Source of the DNA: Antechinus flavipes
Taxonomy: Eukaryota
Length of the DNA: 64,000 nt
Direction of reading: 5' to 3'
Assembly: GCF_016432865.1 (NCBI RefSeq)
Contig: NC_067400.1
Span: 497,426,001 to 497,490,000 of the forward strand
Shown here: one piece after another, positions 51,041 to 64,000 of the stretch
Numbering within the stretch: position 1 is the first letter of the stretch
Layout of the letters: every line of letters starts with the position of its first letter
The notes under the pieces: generated by a model
What the model was told of the DNA's origin: nothing
The model's database searches: none
Seen by the model: only the letters and a program-made list of their open reading frames with translations
Program-made: the position numbers and the translations under genes

Positions 51041-53416
51041 TCTTTCTCCTGACCTCACATCTCTAGCTATTAGGCATCTTGAATCTGATGTCATAATAGA
51101 CATTTTAAACTCAATATGTCAAAGTCTGAACTCACTTTACCCAACCCCTCTCTTCCAAATTTTTGTATTACTGTTGAAGGCATCACCATTCTTCCAATCA
51201 CTCAGGCTTGTAACTTAGATGTCATCCTGGATATCTCAGTCTTTCTTACCCTTTATATCCAGTCATCCAGTCAGAGTCAAGTTTTCTCCTTTCTACCTCC
51301 TTTTCATAGCGCCCTCATCCTAGTTTAGACTTTCATCACTACACACTTGAACTTAAGTAGCCTGCTACTTGTAAAGTCTCTCCATATGCAAATTTATCCT
51401 TCATTTAAGTGTCAAACTGATATTCCTAACATATAAATCTAACTAGATTATCCAGTTAACAAACTCCAGTGGCTCCCTAGTACTTTTGGGCTCAAATATA
51501 AAATCTCCTATTTGATTTTTAAAGGTCTTATTACTTATTAAATGATTATTCTGTGCTAATAACTGTGAATACAAAGACTTGAGTGAAATAATTCTTAAGG
51601 ACCTTCTATATACAAATAGGCGAGAAAGCATGTTCCCATACGAGTACATAGAGAATATACAAAGTGAATATAAGATAATTTTGGCAGAGAGGGCATCATC
51701 ACCTGGGGAGATTACAGAAAGTTTTATAATGAAAACGGAACTTGAGCTGAGTCGTAAATGTGAGCAAGCAATTTCAGGAGGTCAAGAAAAGAGGGAACTG
51801 TCCATTTATAGGGAACATTCAGTTAAAGATATTGGGAAGTATTTTTATAATAAAAGACAAAAAAATACCCCCCCACACACACACATATGAAGGTAGGTAG
51901 GTTAGTATGTCTAAAATGCAAAGAAAAAGTATAAAAGTACTAGAAAGGTAGGAAAAGACCAAATTGGGGAGAATTTGAGAGGAGCTAATTTTTGATTTGA
52001 GAGCCTTTAGAAAACTACTGGGGGTTTTTGAGTGGTGGAAAAGACTGTGACATGATCAGATTTGCCTTTTAGGAAAATCATTTTGGCAGATGTGTAGAGA
52101 TAAGATTGGAATGAGGAGACCTCTGAGAAAGGGAGATCAAATAGGAAGACTTGCAGTTGTCCTTTCAGAGAACATCAAGACTTAACCTAGCCTGGTGGTT
52201 CAACTATTTGACAGCTAGAATTTAAGCTCCAATGAAAGACTCTTCCTATTCTGAGGCATTAATTATCCACTTAGGCTGCTGCCCTTGGTGTTTTGGAGAT
52301 AGGGTTTACTGTGCTCACTGTGATCTTTGAAGCCCAAATGTGATGGGAGATAGGAAGTGGTCCCTATTATGTGTCATTTCTAAGATATTAGCTATGGAGA
52401 TTCTTTCTGAGGGTATAAGTAAAATAAGCAAACAAAAAATCCTATTTCACAGGGCTAACAAGAGAGAAATGTGGTAGCTATCTAGCTTTTGGTGCACATT
52501 TTTTAAAGGCTTTTGCTAATAGATTAATGTATGTGGGATTTCTTTTTTTTTTTTTTTTGAATGATGAATTATCAATTCATTGTGAAAGACTTTTTAACAA
52601 ATTGCCACCTCAGGTTGAAAATGGAAAAGCATTTATTGTCATTCTCATCCTCTGCCAGCTTCAGTGTTAATTCTGTAATTTAAGCAAACAGCTTTGCCAA
52701 GCCATTCTCAAAATTATACCTTATCAGTCTACCTTCACTCTGGTTGTCCTTTCATCAATCTTTAGTTTGTCTACCTTTTCTTTCCTTTGCTGTTGTTACT
52801 GGCATTTTGCATGAGTGCCTAATTAAACTTCTTCGTGGACTTAAAGACATTCAGTAATCATCCCAAAAGCCAGTTCCAGCCTTCAGAGACTTTGTAAGAC
52901 ACCTAACCAACTTTTTTAATAAAATGCTGACCTCAGTAGCAGCCTTTTTGTTGCAATTATACGAGATAACTGTATGTGGTTCTTCCAGGGGAAAAAAAAA
53001 AAGATGAAGCAAAAAAAGGTCAGTTTAGGTAACACAGCAGTACAAAATGGTGTGCCAATTAAGGATATCCCTTTTTAAATCACTTGGCTTTCAACATCTG
53101 GAAAGAAGGGATGTTGATAAAAACACAACTTGATTTCAGAATCTTTTCTCCTTGAACTCCAGTTCACAAACCTTTATTAGATCATAAAAACTGATCTGAG
53201 GTAAAACTTTAGAAAAGTACATATTGACCATTCTCTATGAGCAAAGTACTAGATGTGATCATACCTGCACAAATGTGCTTGTATAGTTAGATCACATAAT
53301 ACACATACATAAATGTGTATGTAAACATATATGTGTGATACACACATACACACATATACATATACTTTCATCTATTTTATATTCTGCTCTGTAACTCCTA
53401 GTTTATCTATACTTTT

Positions 53417-53561
53417 TTTTTCCCCTTGAGGCATTTGGGGTTAAGTGACTTTTCCAGGGTCACACAACCAGGACGTGTTAAGCGTCTGAGGGCAGATTTG
53501 AACTAAGGTCCTCCTGACTTTTGAGCTGGTGCTCTATTCACTGTACCACTTAACTGCCCCC
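53417..53561 (-). mobile_element. WSINE1-type SINE with 12-bp TSD
   Basis: TSD atctatactttt at 53405-53416 and 53562-53573; TT/AAAA L1-endonuclease target. Confidence 0.9.
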
Positions 53562-55419
53562 ATCTATACTTTTAAAAAGAGAAAAAAGAAAGATAAAAAT
53601 AAGTATAGTATTTTCTCATAAGGATAAATCTACCAGACATTATTCCAGATTCAAAATTAGTATGGATGTGTAGTTTATTTATTTTTAAGGAAAGAATAAT
53701 CACACTATTCAGATCAGATTTCCCATAATGTAAATGAGCACATATTAGCTTAAAATGTGTGTGAGTATATTATTTTGATTGGAAATTCAGTTGAAAACAA
53801 TTATGGTATTAGTAAGAACTAATCATTACCAAAAAAAGCACTTAAAAGTTTACAAAGTGCTTGACACACTTTATTACACTGGTTTTTATAACATTTAATG
53901 AGAAAAATGTGGAGACTTCTTTAAAAATATTGGAATAAACTAAATGCTGGTTTAATTTTTAAGATGGAGGGATGAATGTTTTTCACTTCAATAAAGGATG
54001 GTAACTTCTTGGTTTTCAAAACGCAGAGTGAGGGAGAAATTTAATAAATGAAGAGTCAATAAACATTTGTGATATACCTCTCCATGCAAGGGACCAAGTA
54101 GATTTCATTAAAACTAGAGATAATAGACTCTCTCTTAAAAAGGTTTTAAAGGAATGGAGAAGCTCCTACTAAGTGTCTGAAGGCAATGATTATGTGTTTA
54201 ACCTGATTTATGGGACTTATTTAGAACAGAACCATGCATATGAAGATAATACTTTCACTAAGATAAACTACTACCTGTCTTTCTTTTCTTTTCTTTGTTC
54301 AGATTTCTACACACAGAGATCAGCACAGTGTCTGGCACATAGTAAACACTGAATAAAAGTTTATTGACTGACTGAGCACCTGGTTAAAGAAGCTGCTGCT
54401 CCACTGAGTTAATTAATGGCACCCTAAGATTTAACAAGGAGATGAACCTGGGAAAAGCAAGACATGCTTTCATTTTAAACTGGAATAACTGCTAAAATAT
54501 TAATTAACTGGAGAACTTGAAGGCTGCCTGTTTTCACCAGTATAGAACTCTTATTTGCATCAGAATTATAATTCCTAAATAATAGGAAGAAATCTAATTA
54601 TAAGAATGGAGTTACAACACCCACTTGGTATACTGTTTTTCTGTGGAAGAATATGTGAAATATTAGGAAAGTTTGGGAATTGGAGGGAAAAAAAGAACCA
54701 AAGATATTTCCTCCCCCTCCAATGTTTTCTTTAAAAATTTTATGTGTAAACAGTCACTACAGGATAAATAACATTGTTTTTTTTAACACTTCCTGGCTCA
54801 GGGGGTAAGTTGGAATCTGGATAATCACAAATCACACTGAGTAACATAAACAGTGTCCAGGAGCAATTTTAAACTAGTGCCAGAAAGGTTTCATGTAAAT
54901 AATCTTATATAGATATTTAATGTTTGGTAATATTTTCTTATATTTTATAATACACAGAAGACATCAAGAGAGGCAGTGTGGTAGAGTGAAAAGAACAATG
55001 AATGGCCTTAGGGTCAAGGGAAACTGGGGTTGGAAAGTTACTTTAGACATTTATGAGTTGTATGATCATGGGCAAATCAATTAAGATCCTGTGACTCAGT
55101 TTCTTACCTACAAAATGGAGATAATAATATCTATAGGTCATACTTCACAGAATATTTTGAGAATTAAATGCATGTTAGGTGCTTTGAAAATAAAGTTCAA
55201 TAAAAATGTCCTTTATTAGTATTAATGATTACTTCATTGAATATATAGATATTTAAAGTTACATTACTTTTCATATATGGCAATTTGTAGCCTGCTAAGC
55301 ATTGCCTTCACACTTTCCAGGAGAAAGATATGGACATTGATAGAAATATATTGGCTTTGATATAACATTTTGAGATATTTAGTTTCTATAGGATTTCTCC
55401 TTAAATAATTGTGTTGTTT

Positions 55420-55655
55420 CTGTTCAGCCATTTTAGTTATGTTGGACTCTTAGTGACCTTTTCTTGAGTTTTCTTCACAAAGATACTCGAGTGGGTTATC
55501 ATTTCCTTCTCCAGCTCATTTTATAGATAAGGAATCAAGGTAAACAGGTTAAATGACTAGCCCAGGATCACATAGCTATTTGATCTGAACTCAAGAATAT
55601 GAGTTTTTTGACTTAGGCTTAGCATTCTATTCACTATGTCACCTAGCTTCCCCAA
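55420..55655 (-). mobile_element. MAR1-type CORE SINE
   Basis: Reverse-complement tail (ttcttcacaaagatactcgagtggg...atttccttctccagctcatttt) and CORE. Confidence 0.75.
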
Positions 55656-55734
55656 ATAACTATGTTCCTGCTAACCAGAAGCTTAATTTTTAACATGCTA
55701 CCTTTGTATGATTCATTTATTCATTCAAACCACT

Positions 55735-55992
55735 GTGGTTTGTCCTTCGTTCTTGAAGAGGACCATGACATCAGGGAGGAGATTCCATGACATGCAAGTG
55801 AACTGGATGTAACTAAGGGAGAGCTGTGCAAGGTCACCTGCCTCACTTTCTCCTTCAGATCATCTGGGTCCAGTGGCCAGATACAGATCAGGAAGACTGG
55901 AGATGGTTCCGGAGGCAGTAGGAGAACTTGGACTTGTTAAGCCAAGGTTTTCAACAGGATTAAGGCAGCACCCATTTGTGATTAAAGTTAGG
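55735..55992 (-). mobile_element. RTE-related marsupial SINE
   Basis: gtttgtccttcgttcttgaagaggaccatgacatcaggg; the best-preserved copy of this family in the window. Confidence 0.7.
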
Positions 55993-58600
55993 GAGCAAAC
56001 CTATCAGTATACTAGATCCTAAGGGGGAATTTTTTTTCTCCTCAGCGAGAGTGATGTCTCTCTCTCTGCAATTTCAACTATTTCAAGTAAAGAAATTATC
56101 AATGAAGATCAACAACTGTTTTCTATCTGAAAAGTCAAAGGCAGAACTTAAGCTGGATGCTTTTTAACCCTGAGAATAGTTTTCTTTCCATTACACCATA
56201 TTTCTTCTCATTGTGGAGAACACAGAGATGAATTAAGACACAGCCCCAGAATCCAGGAAGATTATTATGTAGGAGATGCATCGTGTAAATACAAGCATAA
56301 TGAAAGGCAGAATATAATAAGTGGTACTAGAGAGGTGGTATCAGGGTCTAGTAGAGAGAAAGAAATTGCATATGTCTGCAGGTAAAGGGGAATATTCATG
56401 AGAAAGGAAATGTTTTCAAGTTAAGTCTTCAAATATAAGTGAAACATCAAAAGACCAATATGAGATAAAGTATATTTTAATTAGAGGAGCAACACTAACA
56501 AAACCTCAGAGGTAGAAAGGTACATGGAGAACAGGAAATAATCTAGTTTTGCTGCAAGCCAGTCTACAGATAGTGCATAGGTAAAAGAAGTTAAAACTAA
56601 AGAAGTAGGTGGGGATAAAATTTGTTGGGATTCTGATGATGCTAAGGTATCGTAGAAATGAAATAGTTTGGTTATTTAGGCAGGTAATAGGGAGACACTG
56701 AATATTTTTGAGGAGAGGACTGAGATTACATCAGAATTTTTATTTAAGATTGTTCTGGCAGCAGTATATAGTTATGTATTGGAGGGGGTGAGGCCATCAG
56801 TAGAGAGACAAATTAGGAAGCTAATACTTTACTCTAAAAAAAAAAAATAAGTGCCTAGTCCTAAATGTTTCTCCTAAATTCAAGGACAAAGAAGCAAATG
56901 TTTTATTTGATCTATTTAAATAAATTTCTCAATTACAGAAAAAAAGAATTGTAACAAAGTACAAGCACAAGGGAAATTATAGAAAGAGAACTGGACAAAA
57001 GAATATTTTTTTTAAAAAAGAAAAAAAAAACCAATCCTTTCTTTCAGTCTTTCCCTTTTCCAGTACATCTTTCACACAGCTGTTAAAAATAATCACAGGC
57101 TTGATTGTGTTATTCCTCTGCTCAATAAATTTCAAGGACTACAAAAAAATAAAAAATAAAAAACTATGGAATAAAATACAAATTCTTTAGCTTGACAGAC
57201 AGACCTATAATTTGGTTCCAGCCAACCTTTCCAGGAATCAAATACAAGTTCCCTATCATATATTAGATGAATTCCAGCTAAATTTGACTCCTTGTTCCCA
57301 ACATTTCATCTCCCACTATCTGCAACTGCCACTTTGCATAGGCTATTCCCCCATGCCTGCAATGCACTCCTTCCAAACCATCATTTCTAAGGATGCTTAC
57401 TTTCCTTTAAAGCCCAAGTTAATAAGTTCTCCTTTTCTATATTAGGTCTTTCCTCATATTCCCAGCTATTAGTGCATGTCTACTGAAATTTCATTGTGTT
57501 TACTTTCTATATCTTTATATATATATATATATATGTAGTATTCCCCAACAAAATACAAACTACTTAGGGGCAGGAGCTATTCCATTATTGTTTTTTGTAT
57601 CAATAAATGCTTGTTTCTGGATTGATTAATGCCCCCTACATTCCACCCTTATTGGATTATTAGCTGTTTTCTAACTTTGCTCCATCCCAAGCATGAAAAT
57701 TCTCATATCCATTCTTTGAATGTATTCACTTTTATTCAATAAATGTTTATTAATTATCTACAAAATACAAGTCACTATGCTAAATGCTGGGCATACAGAA
57801 ACAAATAAACAAAAAATATACTACACAGATAAATGTTATATGTGTGTGTGTGTATATATATAGTTCCTTCAAAGTACATATCAGAAGAGAATTGTTGTTT
57901 GTCCTTCTTTCTTTAAGTGAACCAATGATATCAGGATGGTGATTGGATTTAACTTCAGCAGAGCTGTCCAAAGTCATCTTCACTTGAAGAGTGTATTAGT
58001 ACTAATAATCAGGAAGGCCTGAGTTTGAATTACGCCCTAGACACTTACTAGTCCTGTGACTTTGGGCAAATTAATCCCTTCCTGTCTCAATTTCCTCATT
58101 TGTAAAATGGGATAATAATACCTAATTCACAGCTCAATGAAAATGAACAAATAAAATAATTTATGTAAAAGCATTTTGCAGAATCTTAGAACACTCCATA
58201 AATCCTAGCTAGTATTATTACTAACAATAATAAAAATAATACTGACCATTTCCATTTATTCCCAATGATTTTTTGAACAAAATACAAACTCTTTGGTCAA
58301 GTATTTATGCCCTACTCAATCTGGCTCCGGATTATTTTTCCTAATAATTTCCTACCGTTCTTGCTCACACATTTATCATTCCAGCCAATTGGCCTACTAT
58401 GCATCTTCTGAAATCAGTCTAACATCTCTTGGCTTCATGCCTTCACATTGTGCCAGAAATCCTCCCCTTTTCCCTCTTGAAGCTACTTTCAAGGATCAGG
58501 TCATCTCTGATGAAAAGCTTTTCCTGATGACTCCAGCTCTCAGTGTTCCCTTCTGTTTCAAAGTACCTTATATTTATTTTTCTATGTGTATAAACTCTAA

Positions 58601-58752
58601 GGGCAGCTAAATGGTGCAGTGGATACAGCACCAGCCCTGCAATCAGGAGGACCTGAGTTCAAATTTGATCTCAGACACTTAACACTTTCTAGTTGTGGGA
58701 CCCTGGGCAAGTCACTTAATCCCAATTGCCTCATCAAAACAAACAAACAAAA
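58601..58752 (+). mobile_element. WSINE1-type SINE with (AAAC)n tail
   Basis: gggcagctaaatggtgcagtggatacagcaccagccctg...gagttcaaat...cccaattgcctcatc. Confidence 0.88.
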
Positions 58753-60844
58753 CCACAAATTCTCTGAGAGCAGGTGAAATGGGAGGGATCATTTTACATT
58801 TTGTCTTTGGAGTCTCAGAACTTAGCACAGTTTCCTGGAGTTGGCCAATCAATAAGCATTTATTAAGTGCTTATTTTGTGCTAAGTACTGGGTTTGGCAT
58901 TGGGGATATAAAGAAAAACAAAAGAAAAGAGTCAGTCTTTATCTTTAAAGAGATAATATATACTTGACTAGGTATATTCAAACATATAAAGATTATATGA
59001 ATGTAATTTTAAAGGGTAAGGCAACAGCAGATACAGGGATGGTAAAGGCTTTTTGGAGAAGGTGAGAGAAACTGCATCATGAAGTAAGCAAAGGAAACTA
59101 AGAGATGGACAGGGAGCACAGTTATCCAAATATAGGGGACAAATAGCAAAAAGATGGGGATATAAACAGTTTAAAGAGGAAATAGTTAACAGAGGAAAGG
59201 AATTAGAATTAAAAGATGTTGGAAAAGAGCTCCAATGAAAGACAGAATTTTAGTTAGGACTTAAAGAAAGCCAATGAAGTTAATAGGGGGAGTGGAGGAG
59301 GAAGAATCTCCAGGAGGATTAGAGGAGGGAGAGTGTTCTAGATATGAGGGACAGCCAAAGAAAACTAGTTTTATAGATGGCTATTTAAGTTGTCTAAGTG
59401 AGAAGTTATGAGGGCTTTAAGAAAGGCTGTAACTTTACTAGAAGAGAGAAAGAGATGAAAATGAGATTAGGTTATATAGGTAGAAACAAAAAGGTTTGGC
59501 CATGATATACTCTCAAGTCTTTATTATATTACAAATGGTTCTCTTCAGTTCAGCTTTTCTTCTTTGTCCCCTCCACTCTTTTCCTGTCTATATCGTATCA
59601 TGGGCTATGTTGGGTCATGGAAAGAACATTGATACAATTTCAGAAATTAATGGCCTCTGCTATTTATTGGTTCTGGAATCTATGGTAAACCATAGCCTCT
59701 CTGAGCCTCAGTTTCTTCATCTGGAAATGAAGATAGTATTTGTGCTACCTATTACTACTTCATACATTTGTATGGATGGAATGAAACAAAATAATGTGTA
59801 CAATATAATATATTTGAGAACTGTGGTGCTTCATAAATGTCCATTTTCACTGTTAATAACCCTATTCTTAATTTCTTTTTTTATCCTTACTGAATATAAA
59901 TGTGAAACTCTTTGGAAGACATATATACTCCTTTTCTTAGGACAGAAAAATCAAGACTCCTACCTCCAGTTTGAGTCTGCAGGTGGTTCTGTGTCACTGA
60001 AATGATAAACAATTAAATCAAAACCTATTTATACAAGTTTGCAAACTATGGGGATTTGCCAGAATTAAATCAAATGGTGAATATCTGCCTTCAGGCAATT
60101 CTAAACAAGAGATTATAAAACAGAATGAAAGCCAACTGAAAAAGAGTTTGTGTTTATATGGTTACAAACAACCAGGATGTCATCCTGACTTCTCTGGCAA
60201 GATCATCCCAGTAACTGAATGTGCAGTTTTAGAGAAGACATTTATTTGGAATTCTCCATTTGGATATGTACCAAGGCTGAACCACTAGTTAGTTATGTGC
60301 CATGCTAGGTGAATCATGAGAATACATTACTTTTATGATCTGAAGGGGACCAGTAACATTCGAAAGATGCTTAAAATCTCATATGTATTTCTTTTGTTGT
60401 TGTTGTTGTTGCATATCTTCACTCATTAATTGAAAGAAAAGAAAGACTAGATTAACATTTGGTTGTTGTTCAGTCATTTTTAGTCATGTCCTATTCTTCA
60501 TGATGCTATTTGAGGTTTCTCTACAAAGATACACTGGAGTGGTTTGCATTTCCTTCTAGCTCATTTCATAGGTGAAACAGGCAAAAAGGCTTAAGTGACT
60601 TGTCAAGACTAAAAAGGTAATAAGTGTCAGAAGTTAATATTATCTGTCATTATTATTGAGTAAAATAGTTATTTAAATGGAATTCTTTGGTTAATTTCCA
60701 CTTTTCAAAAAACTGTGTTACATCTACATATACACAAATTATTTTTTTGAGAATGAATTGTGATCATTTTCATAAATCATAGATTAAGAGTTTTAGAATT
60801 ATTTTCCCTGAAGAAAGACTAGGTAGAGAGGCATGATTTAATGT

Positions 60845-61080
60845 ATGTTGCTGTCCAGTTGTTTCAATTGTATCCAACTCTTTGTGACCCAAATTGGGGT
60901 TTTCTTGGCAAAGATACTGAGTAGTTTGCCATTTCCAGATCATTTTATACATGGAAGAAACTAAGATAAACATGGTTTTAGCCACATACCTCTTAAGTGT
61001 CTGAAGCCAGATTTGAACTGAGGAAGATGAGTCTTTCTGACTTCAGGCCTGACAATCTATCTGCTAAGCTATCTAGTTGC
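60845..61080 (-). mobile_element. MAR1-type CORE SINE
   Basis: tttgtgacccaaattggggttttcttggcaaagatactg...ctgaagccagatttgaactg. Confidence 0.75.
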
Positions 61081-61284
61081 CAATGATTTAATGTATATGA
61101 AAGACTATCAAATAACAGAGGCTAAAGAAAGAAGACATAGAAGCAATGGGTGGAAGCAGAAAAAAGGCAAATTTAATCTCAGTAGAAGAAAAAAAATAGC
61201 ACACAAATAAATACCCTAAATTTGAATGGACTTTTTGCAAAACTCCCTCAGTGGAGGATGTGTGTGTGTATGTATGTGTGATTG

Positions 61285-61388
61285 AAATAGACAGATAGAC
61301 AGGAGAAATAGAGAGATACAGAGAGAAAGAGAAGAGGGTGGAGAGACAGAAAGAGAAATAAGGGGGAAGAGAGAGAGACAGAGAGAGA
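61285..61388. repeat. Purine-rich (AG/GACA)n tract
   Basis: Degenerate GA-repeat sequence. Confidence 0.85.
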
Positions 61389-62419
61389 ATAATTTACATA
61401 GTGCCTATTTACTATGTGCTACATTCTTTCCAAATATTGTCAAATTTTATCCTAACAACCTTGTACAGTATATAGCGTTATCATCCCCGGTTTACAGTTG
61501 AGGAAACTGAGGCAAACAAGAGGTTAAGTGACTTACCTAGGATTACACTGCTAGTAAGTTTCTCAGATCAAATTTAAGTTTACAGCCTTCTGACTCAAGG
61601 ATCTACACAAGTATCTCTCTGGTCACCTCATTGCCTATATTGAATGCTTGTCAGATATATTGTAGAAGGGATTCTCATTTGGGTTTGAGTTAGACAAAAT
61701 AATATTTGAGATTGTTCCTCCCTACTCTGCCTAGAGTTTCCATTAACTAATTTTTAGCATTAATGGGTAAGGCAGGATGGTGACCTATATTCCCTCATAT
61801 AGTTACATTGGTCAAGATGCTGGAACTTGCATGGCTTATTACTCTTATACCTTTGATATTTCTCTAACAGTTAAAAATCCACAAGATATGACCCATTCCC
61901 TTTATCCATTATTTCAGAGAGATAAGAAGATAATAGTACTTAGCAAAAAATTATTATCTCTTTGGAATTATATCTAGCCTTTCTCTTTACCAAGGTTAAC
62001 CCCTCTATCTGCATGCCATTTCTTCCAACAGATTGCTCCCTCATCCTTATTCTATAACATAACTTCAGTCTCTCCCTGTCTACTAGCTTCTTTCTCAAGG
62101 CCTAGAAAAATGTCGTGGGTTTTCCCGAGTCTCAAAAACCCTCACTTGACCTATTCTTGCTATCATCTTTGATCTCTTTTGACCTTTGTAACTAAATTCC
62201 TCAAAAAGGCTATTATAGCATATGCTTCCATACTCTCTCTTCTTATTTGCTCCTTAACCCCTTACTATATAGCTTCAGATCTCATCCTTCCCTGAAAACT
62301 GCTCTCTCTAAAACTACCAATGCTCCCATTTGCCAAGTTCAGTGGCCTTTTCTCAGTCCTTATTTTCTTTAAGCACTACAAAGCCTTTAACACTATTGAG
62401 CACCACTCAGTTCCTACAA

Positions 62420-64000
62420 TCCTCTCTTTGGGTATAGATGGCTCTCTTCATTACAAGATCATCGGAAAAGGTCTGAATCATCTCATTGTTGAAAAGAGCC
62501 ACATCATATAATCTTGTTTCGGTGTATGATGATCTCCTGGTTCTGCTCATTTCACTTAGCATCAGTTCATGTAAGTCTCTCCACAGTTCTCTGAAATCAT
62601 CCTGTTGATCATTTCTTATAAAACAATAATATTCCATAATATTCATATACCATAATTTATTCAGCCATTCTCCAACTGATGGGCATCCACTCAGTTTCTA
62701 GTTTCTTGCCACTAGGAAAATGGCTGCCACAAATAGTTCTGCACATATGGGTCCCTTTCCCTCCTTTAAGATCTCTTTGGGATATAAGCTCAGTAGAAAC
62801 ACTGATGGATCAAAGGGTATGTACAGTTAAACAAAGTATAACTCTTTAGGCATAGTTCCAAATTGCTCTTCAGAATGGTTGGATCCATTCACTGTTCCAC
62901 CAATAATGCATCAGTGTCCCAGTTTTCTCACATCTCCTCCAACATTTGTCATTATCTTTTCCTGTCATCTTAGCCAATCTGACAGGCATGTAGTGGTATC
63001 TCAGAGTTGTCTTAATTTGCATTTCTCCTATCAATAATGATTTATAGCACCTTTTCATGACTAGAAATGCTTTCAATTTCTTCATCTGAAAATTATCTAT
63101 TCATATCCTTTGACCATTTATCAGTTGGAGAATGGCTTGAATTCTTGTGAATTTGAGTCAGTTCTCTATATATTTTAGAAATGACTTTATCAAAACCCTT
63201 TTTTTGTATATTGCTTCCCTTCTAATCTTGTCTGCATTAGTTTTGTTTGTATAAGAATTTTTACCTTAATATAATCAAAATTATCTATTTGTTATTCAAT
63301 AATGATCTCCAGTTCTTCTTTGGTCATTAATTCCTTCCTTCTCTACAGATCTGAGAGGTAAACTCGCCTATGTTGTTCTAATTTGTTTATAATACCACTA
63401 TGTCTAAATCATGAACCCATTTCAACATTATTTTGGTATAGGGTGTTAGGTGTGGATCAATGCTTAGTTTCTGCCATACTAGTTTCCAATTTTCCCAGGA
63501 ATTTTTGTCAAATAATGAGTTTTTATCCCAAAAGCTGAGGTTTGTGGGTTTGTCAGATACTAGATTACTATAGTCATTTACTATTTTGTCCTAACCTATT
63601 CCACTGATTAACTATTCTATTTCTTAGCCAGTACCAAATGATTTTGATGACCACTGCTTTGTAATATAGTTTTAGGTCTGGCACAGCTGGTCCATCTTCA
63701 TTGGCATTTTTTTCATTAATTCCCTTGAAATTTTTGACCTTTTTCTTCTTCCAGATGAACTTTCTTATTATTTTTTCTAGATCTGTAAAATAATTTCTTG
63801 AGAGTTTGATTTGGTATAAAACTAAATAAGTAGATTAATTTAGGTAGTATTGTCATTTTTATTATATTCGTTTGGCCTACCCATGAGCACTTGATATTTT
63901 TCCAGTTGATTAGAGCTGACTTTATTTGTGTGGAAAGTGCTTTGTAGTTGTTTGTGTTCACACAATTCCTGACTTTGACTTGGCAGAAAGACTCCCAAAT
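62420..64000 (-). mobile_element. LINE-1 ORF2 3' region (runs off the window), sense to PDGFD
   Basis: MQIKTTLRYHYMPVRLAKM...KCWRRCEKTGTLMHYWWN and [15 protein letters not shown] are L1 ORF2 motifs with frameshifts; the extreme 3' end is missing. Confidence 0.92.

Larger units (their letters stand above)
40954..64000 (-). other. PDGFD: PDGFD intron 5 (partial; exon 5 not seen in the window)
   Basis: Upstream of the exon 6 acceptor. I found no sequence encoding the expected ...YLDTPRYRGRSYHDRKSK hinge; an exon could be hidden in the N gap. Confidence 0.7.

Noticed and set aside
58601-58680. tRNA gene
   Set aside because: The A and B boxes belong to a tRNA-derived WSINE1 head followed by a SINE body and tail; no cloverleaf.
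59496-60005. 169-aa plus-strand ORF, the longest in the track
   Set aside because: It starts at TTG, runs through a MIR-type SINE (gagcctcagtttcttcatctggaaaatg-like CORE) and AT-rich DNA, and has no recognisable domain.

Overview
AT-rich, repeat-dense mammalian genomic DNA, not microbial. The repeats (WSINE1-like tRNA SINEs, MAR1/CORE SINEs, RTE-related SINEs, marsupial-type L1 ends) point to an Australian marsupial, plausibly a dasyurid; the taxon is an inference. The only well-supported gene is the 3' part of PDGFD on the minus strand: the penultimate coding exon (exon 6, 40739-40953, PDGF/VEGF cystine-knot core), a 15.3-kb intron, and the last coding exon (exon 7, 25292-25417), followed by a ~2.8-kb 3'UTR with a distal AATAAA at 22545-22550. 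Exon 5 is not visible in the 23 kb upstream, and there is a 149-N assembly gap at 43945-44093. The rest is L1, L2, CR1/L3, SINE, hAT-MITE and probable solo-LTR relics plus microsatellites. Apart from the exon 6 frame and decayed LINE fragments, the listed ORFs look spurious. I found no convincing new biological system. The best leads are a predicted NMD-escaping exon-6-skipped PDGF-D isoform, Lys substitutions in the loop III basic/matriptase motif, a CpG-rich exon 6, a long imperfect palindrome in intron 5, and several local duplications. Repeat family names and human comparisons come from recalled consensus sequences, not from searches; repeat boundaries are approximate unless a target-site duplication (TSD) is given.
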